A stretch of 64,000 bases of DNA from Heteronotia binoei (lineage: Eukaryota): the NCBI RefSeq assembly GCF_032191835.1, contig NC_083224.1, positions 39,122,001 to 39,186,000 of the forward strand. Reading direction: 5' to 3'. The position numbers and the translations under genes were made by a program. Positions 1 through 12,046 of this stretch are shown here, piece after piece. The notes under the pieces are model-generated. The model saw only the letters and a program-made list of their open reading frames with translations. It searched no databases and was not told the DNA's origin. Position 1 is the first letter of the stretch, and each line of letters begins with the position of its first letter.

Positions 1-2548
1 CCAAAAGAAAGTGATTATAGCATGAATAATCTGTTTGGTTGAGTTCTGGATAAACTGCAGCAACGTCCCAGAGAGAATCTGAGACACATCCTTTCACATT
101 TTGTACTTTGGTACCGATGCACGAGTAACTGTAAATTGTATGTGCATGTTTACTTTGCAGTTTGCGTCCCGTCCCCCCCCCCGCAAAATATGTGGGGGGG
201 GGGGACAGGAAAATATTCGCCTCACCCTCTTCCCAGCCCCAGCTTTTGTGTATTTTCTTAAGCACAGCTGTCATGTAAACTCCCCTTTCTTGTTAACAGT
301 GGTGAGTCTTTTTGTATTTGGATACCTGTACACACCCCTAGAACATAAAAACCCTGAGGGAATATCTAAAATGGAGGCTTAAGCTGAAGGTTTAAAGACA
401 GTTCTTTGACTCCACCTCAAGAACGCTTGGAAGCTGTAGTTTTGTGAGAAGTGGTGGGGGGCTAAAAATCTTTAGCAGAATATTCTAAGTCCCATCACAA
501 AACTGAAATGTTCAGTTTGAAGAGGGGGCAGAATTATTATTTTTTTACAAGGCATGTGTTCCATTTAAATTTTTCAAAAACGCACTGCGCCACTAGAACA
601 AACTGTAGCTGGACTTTTCAGGCTAAAAACAAAGGGCTAAGCAGATGTTATAACTCAAAAATGTTATATCTGGTTTTAAAAGTTGGGAAAGGGGAGGTGG
701 GAGATTACTTTTTAAAAAAAGTTTCTGCACACAGCATTTTGGCAACCAGAAACGTATGGCTAATCTGTAGCAGATGTAACTGGAGTGGATTTCCTCCCCC
801 CTCCTATCTTTCAGCACAGAATGATATGATCTGTTTCCTCCTGCTTCAGACAACTTTGAATAATGATTGTGGTTAGATCATCAATTGCACTTTTCATCTG
901 ACAGTCTTAAGACATTAACAGGAGGTAAATCAGGGCTCAGAGTTTCCCTGCAGGCAAGGGCTTACAAAAATGAATGGATTATGGCAGCCCATAAAATTAT
1001 ATTGTACACAGCATTTGATTTTTAGCCCACCTTCTCTCCAGGGTGACACCGACACCCATGGTTCCTGCACCTCATTTTATCCTCACAACACATCTGCCAG
1101 GCAGGTAAGACCAAAAGAAAGCAACTGGGCCAAGATTGCTCAGTAAACCTTCATGGCACAGTGGGGATTTGAACCCAGGTCTCCATAGTTATAATCCAGT
1201 ATTCTCAGAACATTCCCACACTGCTCTCATTATGTGCTGGCTAAATTTGGCTGCTTATATGACATAATCCAGCACCAGAGATGACAACGATTACAATTTA
1301 GAATGGGGTTGCCATAAGTCAGCCGCCATTTGATAGCACTTAGGAGCTTCCTAACTTTTCAGAATATAAATCTGCTCTTCCAGCATCCAAACACAGCACT
1401 CTCCAGCTTCCCTCACAAGATGAGGCCACAGCATTTCTGGGTGAGACCAGATTCTTCCCCACCAATCTGCATATGAGGAGGGGAGAGCAGATGCCATGGT
1501 TAGGGAGCACCCAACCTCCACCAACCCCCCACCCTCGGATGAAGAAGTTGGACATCCTTGCTTTAAATTACTCCCTTACTCCTCTCTGTAATAAATGTAA
1601 GCATTTTCTTCCATTATTAAGTGATGTGCCAGTAGACCACGGGGTACCCTGTTATAGTAATTGGCAGCCCCACAACCTCACCATGGTCTTGCCCAGTCTA
1701 CCTGCTCTTGTGTTAAGTTCCATCATTCACTGGTTTCCACACTCTCTGTCCTTGAAAGGGAGATGATCTCATGATAGCTACATTCCAGTGCACTGTATTG
1801 GAATAAAGCCACCTGTCATGCCCTTTTCAGCTCAAGGAATTCACTGAGACAACTTCCTGGAAAGGAACTGTGTCATACTCACATTTACAGGTAGAATTAC
1901 TTCCAAATAATACATACATATGGCAGAAATAAACTGAATTCTTAAGAAGCTATGACTAAGCAGTGTGATGTAATTGTTTTTTTGTATTAACAAATGTACT
2001 GGGGGGAATTCAGAAGTCAGTTCTCTTCTTACTCACTTTCAGTGCTTTCATCGGAAAATGTCTTCTGTATTATTCGTTTCGTTTCATTTTTCATTATGTG
2101 ACTTCTGCCTGGTTCCTGGATTGTCAAGCTACCCAATCGAGGTGTGGTCTTTAGCTACTCTGAGTTCAAACATTAGATCATTGTTAATCATAATGATCCT
2201 AAACATTTTGTTCTGGTACAGATGTTTCCAAATGGTGACACAGAGATCCCTGGAGGTCCATGGAAGCATATTGGGGGTTTTTCAGTAGGAAGATTAGTAA
2301 AGGCAAACAAGCATCTATGCACAAAAATTCATCACTATCATTGGTCTTCCCTTTTCATTCAGGAAAACTTTGATTTGTTTTAGAGGGGATGTTCAGATCC
2401 TGGAGAGCCAGTGCTCCATGAGAATTGACTGTGTGTCCTATTTTATTTATTTCAAACTACTTCTACCCCATCCTTCCCATCAGACATGGGCCCAAGGCAG
2501 CTTCCAAAATATGCATCAAACCATATAAGAAGGAAGGTAACACTTATA

Positions 2549-2757
2549 TTGTCCTGACCTGGATGGTCCAGGCTATCCTGATCTCATAAGATCTTACAAG
2601 CTAAGCAGGACTGGCCCCTGGTTAGTATTTGGATGGGAAACCACCAAGGAAATCCAGGATTATTATGCAGAGGCAGGCAATGGCAAACCACCTTTGTTCA
2701 TCTCTTGCCTTGAAAACCCCATGTGGTCACCAATCAGCTGCAATTGGATGGCATGGA
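2549..2757 (+). mobile_element. 5S rRNA-derived SINE (SINE3 / 5S-Sauria-like)
   Basis: cctgatctc...aagctaagcagg...ctggttagtatttggatggga matches the 5S internal control region (box A, IE, box C), followed by a Sauria/BovB-like ggcaatggcaaaccacc tail. Confidence 0.8.
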
Positions 2758-2780
2758 CAACAATAAAATATCAGGTTCCT

Positions 2781-2966
2781 GGCTGATTCCACACTAACCT
2801 TGCTCTGCACCAGGCTTCCATTTCTCTCTGGAGCAAGCTGCAGCATGGCAAATCGCGGGTTTTCCCTGCGCAAAATGGCGGCGAGGAGCAACTGGTGCGA
2901 AATCGCTAGCTTGCTCCAGAAGGAAACAGAAGCCTGGTGCGGAGCAAAGTTAATGCAGAATCAGCC
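2781..2966. repeat. Imperfect palindromic MITE-like element
   Basis: GGCTGATTC...GAATCAGCC ends, arms of about 60 bp (taaccttgctctgcaccaggcttc...ctggagcaagc) and a CpG-rich centre; no TSD visible. Confidence 0.7.
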
Positions 2967-3094
2967 AATGTCTTCAAAGCAATTTTTACTTCTGTAAGTA
3001 AAGGAGGTACCCTCATTATCTCCTCTAGAATATCGTCTTAAAGATCAGAGGCAGTGATGGAGGAACTGTGCATCTAGGCTGTGGAAGATCAACA

Positions 3095-3352
3095 ACAATA
3101 ATAATAACAAGATGATATTGGATTTATACCCTTCCCTTCGCTCAGAATCTCAGAGTGGCTTACAATCTCCTTTACCTTCCTTCCCCACCTCCCCTATGAG
3201 GTAGGTGGAACTGAGAGAGCTCTCACAGAAGTACAGCTCTATGAGAGCTATGGCTGACCCAAGGCCATTCCAGCAGCTACAAGTGGAGGAGTGGGGAATC
3301 AAACCCAGTTCTCCCAGATAGGAGTCTGTACACTTAACCACTGCCCCAAACC
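3095..3352 (-). mobile_element. tRNA/MIR-derived SINE (Squam3-like)
   Basis: Reverse of gccagtttggtgtagtggttaag (A box) ... ggtttgattcccc (B box), with an L2-like tail and (TCA/TTA)n. Confidence 0.8.
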
Positions 3353-6300
3353 ACTCTCCAATACCCCATAAGAGGCCACAAATTAGCTGCGAAGAATGGA
3401 GGTAGCATACAGGTTTCTAGAACATGCCCAGATTTTCTGCAGTGCTTCTACAGTAGACCCATGATACAGTCAAAAGATACACTAAACTGTGTCTTACAAG
3501 CCATCATTTGATGATCTGGTTTCTATGCTGGCTACCCTCCATTAACTTTAATTAGCAGTATGGACAGCCGAATACTTTCAGCTCTGTCTTGGTCTACCGG
3601 TCATCAGAAGAGAGCCTATCCATTGATAGGGTTATCAATCACAAGGGAGGGAGGGAGGGAGGGAGGGGTGAAGTTCTCCTGGAATTAGAACTGAACTCCA
3701 GACCACAGTGATCAGTTCCCCTGGGAAAAATGGCAGCTTTGGAGAGTTGACTCTGGCATACAATACATTCTAGGATAAACTGAAGCCCCTCCCCAGATAC
3801 CACTCCCATATCACCAGGAATCCCCCAAGCCATAGCTAGTGACCCTTCTTTGATCAGATGTGCAGATGTCTGAGAATGGCCTGAGCCTGTATTTCAGGCT
3901 ATTGCTCACATGTAGCATAAGGTTGCAGCCTCCTGGTGGCACCTGGAGACCTCCTGCTATTACAGTTGATCTCCAGATGACTCAGATCAGCTCCCCCGGA
4001 GAAAATGTCTGCTTTGGAGGGTGGACTGTAGGGCATTATACTCTTCTGAGGTCCCTCCACTTCTCAAACCCCGCCCAACCCAGGCTCCAGTCAAAACAAA
4101 AGCAAAAAAACCCACATGGGTAGACCGTCAACAATGTGAATGCTCTTTCTTATAAACAATTAATTATTGCATAGATACAGATATACAACACCATCACTGG
4201 ATTGGTGGTCACAATACCAGACACTAACGTATCATAATAAAGTCTCCATCAGTGCAATAAGTGAGAAAGTCCACAATTATAAATAGAAGTACAAGAAGAT
4301 AAGTGGGGAATTCCTCCTACAACTGGCAGTGTTCAAAAGACCGCAGTAGTTTGTACTATATATCAACGCCCTTTCCAAGTATCTTTCTTGGCGTTTCAAA
4401 ACATTTATTCTTCAGTAATGGCTGTTTAATGGAATTTGATTTCATAAATATATAAGGCACAGCTCAAAATTACAGTGGAATCAGTAGACTCTCCCTGTTC
4501 TTCCTCACCCTGCTTTTGGCTCACAGATAAGAGGGCTGTAATAAATTCACATTTTTTACAATTAATGCAGACAAAAATGATGATTGGAGGAATGTCTAAA
4601 GGAAAGGAATTCATGGACAGAAGGGAAAGCTTGAAGGTTTAATGCCCAGGAGAAGCTAGTTTAGATGATAACTCTTGTCATTACTGTCTTAAACAAAAAA
4701 AATGTAAATATTAAAGCATAAATAAAAATTATTGCCATAGTGATAATGGGGTTTGTGGAATTAAGTCTTATTCTGTCCATAGAGATGAAGAACAATATTC
4801 ACATGGGAACACCTTCACACAAGTGACTCGTCTTGTGAAAGCTGAGATGGCAAAGCCCTGTGAAATGACTGTACTGTCATTGACATTGAAATAATGAATT
4901 GACCTTCATGGGTACATAGCAAGGACTATGCTGATGTAACAAGAACCTTGAATAAGTTTATATTGCTATTTAAAGGCAATTTATTATCTCTCTGCAGCAG
5001 ACATGCTCAATCATCTACTGATTTGGCTTAGAGTGTCATCAAAAATTGTGGTCATCACAATTTGTCTGTGAACAAACAAGTTTGCACACAAAAATTTTGG
5101 TTGTGTACAAACATGTTTGAATGTTCAGGGGGAAAATCCCACTGAGCATGCAAGTTCAGATACTGCTGTGCTGATAATCTGTCCATCCCCACTCTCACTG
5201 ATTGCCATGCCCTTCTCACCTTCTGTTCACCATGTTATTAAACAACAATTAAACAAAATCAACATCTCTCAGTGTCTCTCTTATGACTCCATCACTTGAT
5301 GTTCATTCATACTGGTGAACTGCCTGGATCAGTTTATAATATCCACTAGCACACTGCCTCTTAGCAGCTATAGTTTTGTGTAGACTTGAAGCATGTACCA
5401 AATGTCACCAATGGAACACATGCAAAAAAGCAACATATATGTTGCAGGTCACTTAAATCAGTAATTCCCAACCTTTCCATTATGATTATCCACAAGTCCA
5501 AATTTACTTGCCATGGTGACACATCCAGGGCTGACCCAAGTGTTGGGGTGGGGTGGGGTTGCATCCTAGGCAAACGATGACCTTGACACCCATCTGGTTC
5601 AGACTTCCATTTTCTACAGTGGCCAACCAGATGGTTTTGAGAAACCCACAAACACTGCAGGCGTTCCACTATGAATCCCAAGCAAATGGGTGTTCATCTC
5701 TGGGCCAGAGAGCCACCATTAGGGAGGGCTGACCTGCAACCCACAGGTTGGGAAACACTAACTGAAATGATGCTTCTGGCTACCAGGTGTTGAACTGTAA
5801 GTGATTATGTGCTTGACAAGGATATTACTTTAATGGCTTGATTATGAAGGCAATATTTGCATGCAGCCCTTCATCAGCACCCTACTCCATGTAGCCGCCT
5901 GTGTAATCAAGTAATAGGCATGTATGAGGCAGCTCTAAGAGGGAACTCTGGCTAAAGTTTTACCAAGCTTGGCTTCTGCTGTTATAATGTAGAAAACCAG
6001 TGTGTAGTTCATACACAAATAAATTTTGAAAAATAAGCCCCTCTCCTAAATGAAAGAACTTGGAATGAATAAAATGGCCAGTTGTTGCTGCAAAGCTCTT
6101 AGTGATTCATGTCCAAAACAGGATACCAGAGTTGTTTGATAAAAGCAGGATGGATTGTGGCTGCAAAGAACTATCCAGAAACATGAGGACTTCAAACAAA
6201 GGGGCAGGAATGAAAAATGGACTTGGCCAACGTCAAGTTGTTCTTTTGCATGTTAACCAAGTGTGTGACATTTTGTGGCAAGGCAGATTATATTTAATAA

Positions 6301-6699
6301 GCTTTGTCAGGGTGGTCTGTTGGCTCCCCCAGATAACTTTCATTTCCAAAATGTTTGTTTTGGTTTCTTGCTAATTCCTCCCGAATGAATTCATCACTTC
6401 AGTTTTTCCTTTTAACAGAACCCCATATCTTGCCAAAACAAACCTTCCTGAGGTCTGAAAAAAAGTCATGAACCTAAGAATTGCCTTACTAGGTCAATGA
6501 AGGGTACAGGGATACTAGAATTCAGGTTTCAACAGCGGCCAACCAGGTATGCTAGAAAATTCCAAAGCATGGCAAAATACTAGTAGCTATACCTGTTTTT
6601 GTACTCATGTTTATAATCTGGATGCCAACAAATATGGAAAATAAAATGCCCCACAGACTGGAAACACTCAAGATGTGTGGTCATGTTAGTTCATCTGTA

Positions 6700-6853
6700 G
6701 CAGTAGAAAAGAGCAAGACCCCAGTAGTATCTTAAATACTAGCAAATTTTGTCGCAGGGTATGGGCTTTCATGGGTGACTCATGAAACTCATACCCTGCC
6801 ACAGACTTTGTTAGTCTTTAAGGTGCTCCTGGGCTCTTGCTCTCTTCTACTGC
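6700..6853. mobile_element. Short palindromic Penelope-derived element
   Basis: Arms 6700-6773 and 6781-6853 (about 80% complementary by eye), each a pLTR end (gttagtctttaaggtgct...ctcttgctct.ttctactgc). Confidence 0.75.
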
Positions 6854-6969
6854 AAACAAATGACATTTCAATTTGGAAAAAAGGAGATGTTAAAGACTGC
6901 AGCAATTCTCACTATCTCATTAATTTCTCATGAAAGTATAGTGATTCTTAAAATTGAACATGTTCCCAT

Positions 6970-8004
6970 ATATAGAAGACAATTGAGTTGTGTATCATAG
7001 ATTACAGCAAAGCTTTTGACTGTGGATCATGAAAAGCTATGGCTGTGCCACAAATTCTGATTGTTGCAATGTGCAACCTATATCCTGGACAAGAGGATAT
7101 TGTTAGTGCAGAATATGGAGAAACAGAATGGTTTCCAATCGTCAAAGGTGTCAGACAAGGATATATTTTATCTCACTATCTGTTCAGTCTATGAGCAGGA
7201 CATGTCACAAGAAAAACTGGATTAGATTTCGAGGAAGATGGAGTAAAAATTGACTGGAGAAAGTTTAATGATTTGAGGTATGCCAATGACACTACATTAC
7301 TGGCAGAAAATAGTGAAGAGCTAAAATGGCTACTGATGAAGATTAAAGCAGAAAGTGCAAAAACAGGATTACTGAGGAATTACATAGTTTTAAAGCAGAC
7401 AGTGGAACAGATTGAAAATATTAAACATCTTTTATTCCTTTGCTCCATCATCAACCAAAAGAAACTGCAGCAAAGAAATCAGAATGAAATTGAGACTGGG
7501 AATGGCAATCATGAAGGAGCTAGAAAAGATCCTTAAATATAATGATTTGCTGGTGACCAAGATAATTCATATTATAGTATTCCCCATTACAATATATGGG
7601 TGTGAAAGTTGGACAGTGAAGAAAGCTGTTAAGAAGAAAGTTGATTCCTTTGGAATGTGAAGTTGGAGGAAAGTTTTATGGATGCTGTGTGGACCACCCA
7701 AAAAACATATCAGTGGGTTCAAGCCTGAACTCTCCGTAGAAGCTAAAATGAGTAAACTGAAGCTATCATACTTTGGTCACATTATGACAACAGGAGTCAT
7801 TGGAAAAGACAACAATGCTAGGAAAAGTTGAAGGCAGAAGGAAAAGAGAAAGAGCCAACATGAGATGGATTGACTCAATCCAGGAAGCCATGGCCTTCAG
7901 TTTGCAAGACCTGAGCAAGGCTGTTAACAATAAGACATTTTAGAGATTATTCATTCATGGGACTGCTACGTCAGCAGCCATTTGATGGCACATAACATAC
8001 ATGC
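6970..8004 (+). mobile_element. RTE-BovB LINE, decayed 3' portion
   Basis: Degenerate RT peptides (IDYSKAFDC.DHEKLW, GVRQG.ILS, LRYANDTTLLAENSEELK, YGCESWTVKKA) with many stops and frameshifts, followed by a BovB-type 3' end. Confidence 0.88.
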
Positions 8005-9699
8005 AGTCTCTAAAAATGTTCCCTCTTCTCTAGTTTTCATTAGAGATGCCACAAATTTTTTGGATAAGATGTTCAACGTTCAAAGAAACCTTGGTTGACA
8101 GCTGCAGCCCCCTGTGACCTGAACATCTCCACTTGTTTGCCTGTCCACTGACCACCTCAAATCACTGTTGAACACCTTTGCAATTGCACCTACGCAGTAG
8201 CTGTCGTGATGGAGTTTTGTTTCTTTTAGGTGGTAAATTTTATTGCTTTGTCCTGCAGTGGCTCTTCAATCTGTGCAGTTGGTGAGATTATTCAATTGTA
8301 CCCAGCATTGTGGAAGGTTGTATGAAGTCATTAAAATGGTGCATGGGCAGGGGACAACACCTCCCGTAAGGCTGTGAGAAAATGTGCATGTGTGACATAC
8401 ATTTGATTACACAATCTTACTTGAATACTATGTTTACTCATCATAAGCGGCTGACTGATTTGTTCATTGTTTATATATACCATTGATTTCTGAGTGGTGT
8501 GTGGAAACAACAGGACTGTGAAGAGGTTGGAAGGGGGAAGTCAGAGTGAAACACTACTGATTGCTGTCTTCTTGTGTTGTATTGTTTGAACACTTGCAGA
8601 CTTCTTGCAAACTTCTTGCAAACAGCAAGCTGATTTATGGATTATCAACATCCTGTTAATGACTGGTAAATGGATGGTGAGCCCAACCAGCTGCTATTAG
8701 GAAGGCATGAACATCCAGTATGTAGTATGGATCATATTCTGTTCACCAGCTGGGAACCAGGAGCCAATTTTCATCAGTCATTTGGTTGCTTGCAAGCAGT
8801 TCTTTTTTAAAAAATGCAATGAGGGACTACAACTCCAAGATGTTTGTGCAAAAATGCACTTAAAAATATTGATAATATGCATTTAGATAACCCCAAAATG
8901 ATAACGCTTGACTGATTTGACTGGTTTGCTTTCTTTGTTTGTTTAAACAATAGACTATGGAGTGGGGCACAGAGATGACAGGTCTGGGGAAGGAAGACTA
9001 GATTACCCCCTTGTTCTGTGTGAGAACAATGATGTGTTAGATGCTGCCCAGTATGCTGTACTGTTCTGTCTGAATACACAGAAAGTAACCTGCAGATCAG
9101 GCAAAAACTGCTGATGAACAGTTGAACTGCCCAACAAAAAGCCAGCTCTGAATCAGCAAGTGTTCAAACATATCTACCCACCATGCAGAAAGGTGAAAAC
9201 ATTCACCTCTTGGTCTTTTTTAGTAGGGGTTCCTTCTTGGTGGAATGGCCTTCCATTTACCGCTTTGTTTTTAAGACTTTCCAAAGGGCTTGCAAAATCT
9301 GTATGTATTTGCAAAATGCAAATAAACAACTCTAACTCTGGTGTGACTTGCTGCTGCCAGCCAGTGGCCTGTCACAACCTGGGCCACATCCACCCTGATC
9401 TCATCTTCCTCCACCAGCAAACCACTCCACCAACTATGATAGTCTGAGGACCAAGCTTGATGTTAAAGCAAGCCTGACTCAAATCCATGGCTGCTGATGC
9501 CATTTGAGAGAAGAATTTGGCTATTTAAAAAGCGCTGCAAGACAATTTTGCCCCCCCGCCCTTTCAAGGACCAAAACAACTATGCGGGGTGGGGGGGCGG
9601 GGAGACTGTCCTGTGGCTGCTGTATTGTCTAGTTTAACCCTGAACATACTAGATTTAATGATCTGAATCCAGTATTGGATTAATACAATGTCGGCTTGT

Positions 9700-9881
9700 C
9701 AGGGCTTTTTTTGTAGCAGGAACTCCTTTGCATATTAGTCCACACACCCCTGATGTAGCCAATCCTCTTGGAACTTACAGTAGGCCCTGTAATAAGAGCC
9801 CTGTAAGCTCTTGGAGGATTGGCTACATCAGAGGTGGGCAGCCTAATCTGCAAAGGAATTCCTGCTACAAAAAAAGCCCTG
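9700..9881. mobile_element. Palindromic hAT MITE (CAGGGCTTTTTTTGTAG termini)
   Basis: Whole element folds back on itself; TSD CGGCTTGT / CGGCTTTT. Confidence 0.85.
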
Positions 9882-11186
9882 CGGCTTTTTATGTGCTTTA
9901 ATGAAAAGTCCTATGAAGCAAACAATGATTGTTGCCAGGTACCTCCTGAAAGCTCTGGAAATGGTCAAAAAATGAGACGCATGCTTAGCTTGGACAAGTC
10001 GCTTCCATCCAGCTCCTCCATATGGAAATATTTTGCATATTAACAGCAAAAGCCGCAGCCTGGTGAACGTTCACTTGTAACCACAAGGCATTCATCTTCT
10101 CTAAGGACAGTATGCTTTGATCCTCACCCAATGTAGACTTTCTGCATTTCAAGATTTATACAAGCTGTGTGTTGCGGTGCATTGAGCAAAACCACCTCCA
10201 TTCATTCCCCACAATATAGGCTGCCCTGCCTGTCTATGCCACCTACTGTAAAAGACAAATAATGTTTTCTTTTATGCTTGAGATAATTCAGCATGGCAGG
10301 CAAAACTAGCTGAGTTTTCCCCCACCCTTTGTTACACCATAGGTATCTGGACCAAATCTATACAATACTGTTTCTAATTTTCATGTAAGCAAACATTTGG
10401 TACATATTTTCATATATGCAGACACTTTTAAAGAGTGCAGACACTAAAAAGAAGTCTTGAGGCTGGATAAACAAATTCACATGTACATATGCCTCTGCTC
10501 TAGATTACTGATGCAGGGCCTTTTTTTTTTTAGCAGGAACACACAGGAATGCAGTTCCAGCTGGCTTGGCATCAAGGGGTGTGGCCTAATATGCAATTGA
10601 GTTCCTGTTGGGCTTTTTCTATTAAAAACCTCTGTGTGAAACAATGGTGCTGTCAGGGGGTGTAGCCTAATATGCAAATAAGTTACTGCTGGGCTTTTTC
10701 TACCAAAAAAGTCCTGGATTGCTGTTTCAAAGTCTGAATTGTCTGCTCTGGCTAGCAATGGCTCCTCGGGGTCTGAGGCAGAGGTCTTTGCATCATCCTC
10801 ACTAGATGGTCCTTTGGATGCAGGTGTCAGGGTTTGAACCATGCAATCTTCTGCATGCAAAACAGATGCTCTGCTTCCAAGCCACGGCCTATTCATTGTT
10901 ATGTAAACTTTTGTGAACAAAAAGCTACTTCATCAGACATATGAAGAGTGCCTTCAGTTGCAGTTTTATATAACACACAAGTTATGCAAGGTTTGAATGT
11001 ATGCAAGCCCAGAACAGTTACCAATTCACAATGGCAGCAGTTGCTCAGTCTAGCCTGAGCTGCTAAATTAATTTAACCCTTGAAACTTAAGAGGAACCCC
11101 AGAATCCCTGTTCATCCATAATTAGATAGTGTCATTGGATGACCCAATTATGCTGGATTCTGGGTCTCTAAAGTGGACTGTAGTTT

Positions 11187-11400
11187 AGCCCTGACCTGGA
11201 TAGCCCGGGCAAGCCTGATCTTGTCAGATCTTGGAAGTCTAAGCGGGGTTGACTCTCTGGCAAGTACTTGGATGGGAGACCTCCTTGAGATACCAGCAGT
11301 TGAGAGGACAGGGGCAGGCTTTTTTCAGCCACCTCTCTGAATATCCTCCAGTAGGGGTCAGTCACCAGAGGTCACCGTGACTTCCAGGTGTGCCCACAAA
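11187..11400 (+). mobile_element. 5S rRNA-derived SINE
   Basis: gcctgatcttgtcagatcttggaagtctaagcgggg...gtacttggatgggagacc. Confidence 0.75.
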
Positions 11401-11459
11401 CATATACATACACACAAATATAAAAAATAATAATAAAGTAGACATTATTAATTAAGAAA

Positions 11460-11867
11460 GCTTCTGACATTTATTGTGCCTATCATACAATTTTTGCAGT
11501 GTACCTAATTTTGCAATCCATCTCTACTGCACTGTTGGTTTTATATGTTATTCATGTTATTTATTGCGTTGCTCTCCTATTTTAGAATCTTGTTGCACTG
11601 TGTTGGTTGTTGCATGTATTGTACTGTTGCATGTATTGTATTGCATTATTCCTGATTTTGCAATCCTTCTCTACTGCACTGTTGGTTTTATATGTTATAT
11701 ATGTTATTTATTGCGTTGTTCTCCTATTTTAAAATCTTGTAGTACTGTGTTGGTTGTTGTATGTATTGTACTGGACTAATTTCTAGTCCAGTTTTTAAAA
11801 TAATATGTTATACTATTACTTTTTGAAAACTATGGACTCGGCCTTGAGTCTCAGTGAGAATGAAGTA
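11460..11867 (+). mobile_element. L2-type LINE 3'UTR with an internal 147-bp duplication, truncated by the gap
   Basis: T-rich UTR ending in gccttgagtctcagtgagaa, the same tail as 60790-60830. Confidence 0.5.
11504..11772. repeat. 147-bp tandem duplication
   Basis: cct(a/g)attttgcaatcc recurs at 11504 and 11651 with colinear downstream sequence. Confidence 0.9.
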
Positions 11868-12046
11868 NNNNNNNNNNNNNNNNNNNNNNNNNNNNNNNNN
11901 NNNNNNNNNNNNNNNNNNNNNNNNNNNNNNNNNNNNNNNNNNNNNNNNNNNNNNNNNNNNNNNNNNNNNNNNNNNNNNNNNNNNNNNNNNNNNNNNNNNN
12001 NNNNNNNNNNNNNNNNNNNNNNNNNNNNNNNNNNNNNNNNNNNNNN
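11868..12046. other. Assembly gap (179 N)
   Basis: Run of n characters. Confidence 1.

Noticed and set aside
1-900. 3' end or UTR of the upstream neighbour gene (B4GALT5 by human synteny)
   Set aside because: No B4GALT5 coding peptide is visible in any frame, and I cannot support a UTR assignment from sequence alone.
2570-2660. 5S rRNA gene
   Set aside because: The 5' and 3' ends of 5S are missing or replaced, the copies are diverged, and a SINE tail follows.
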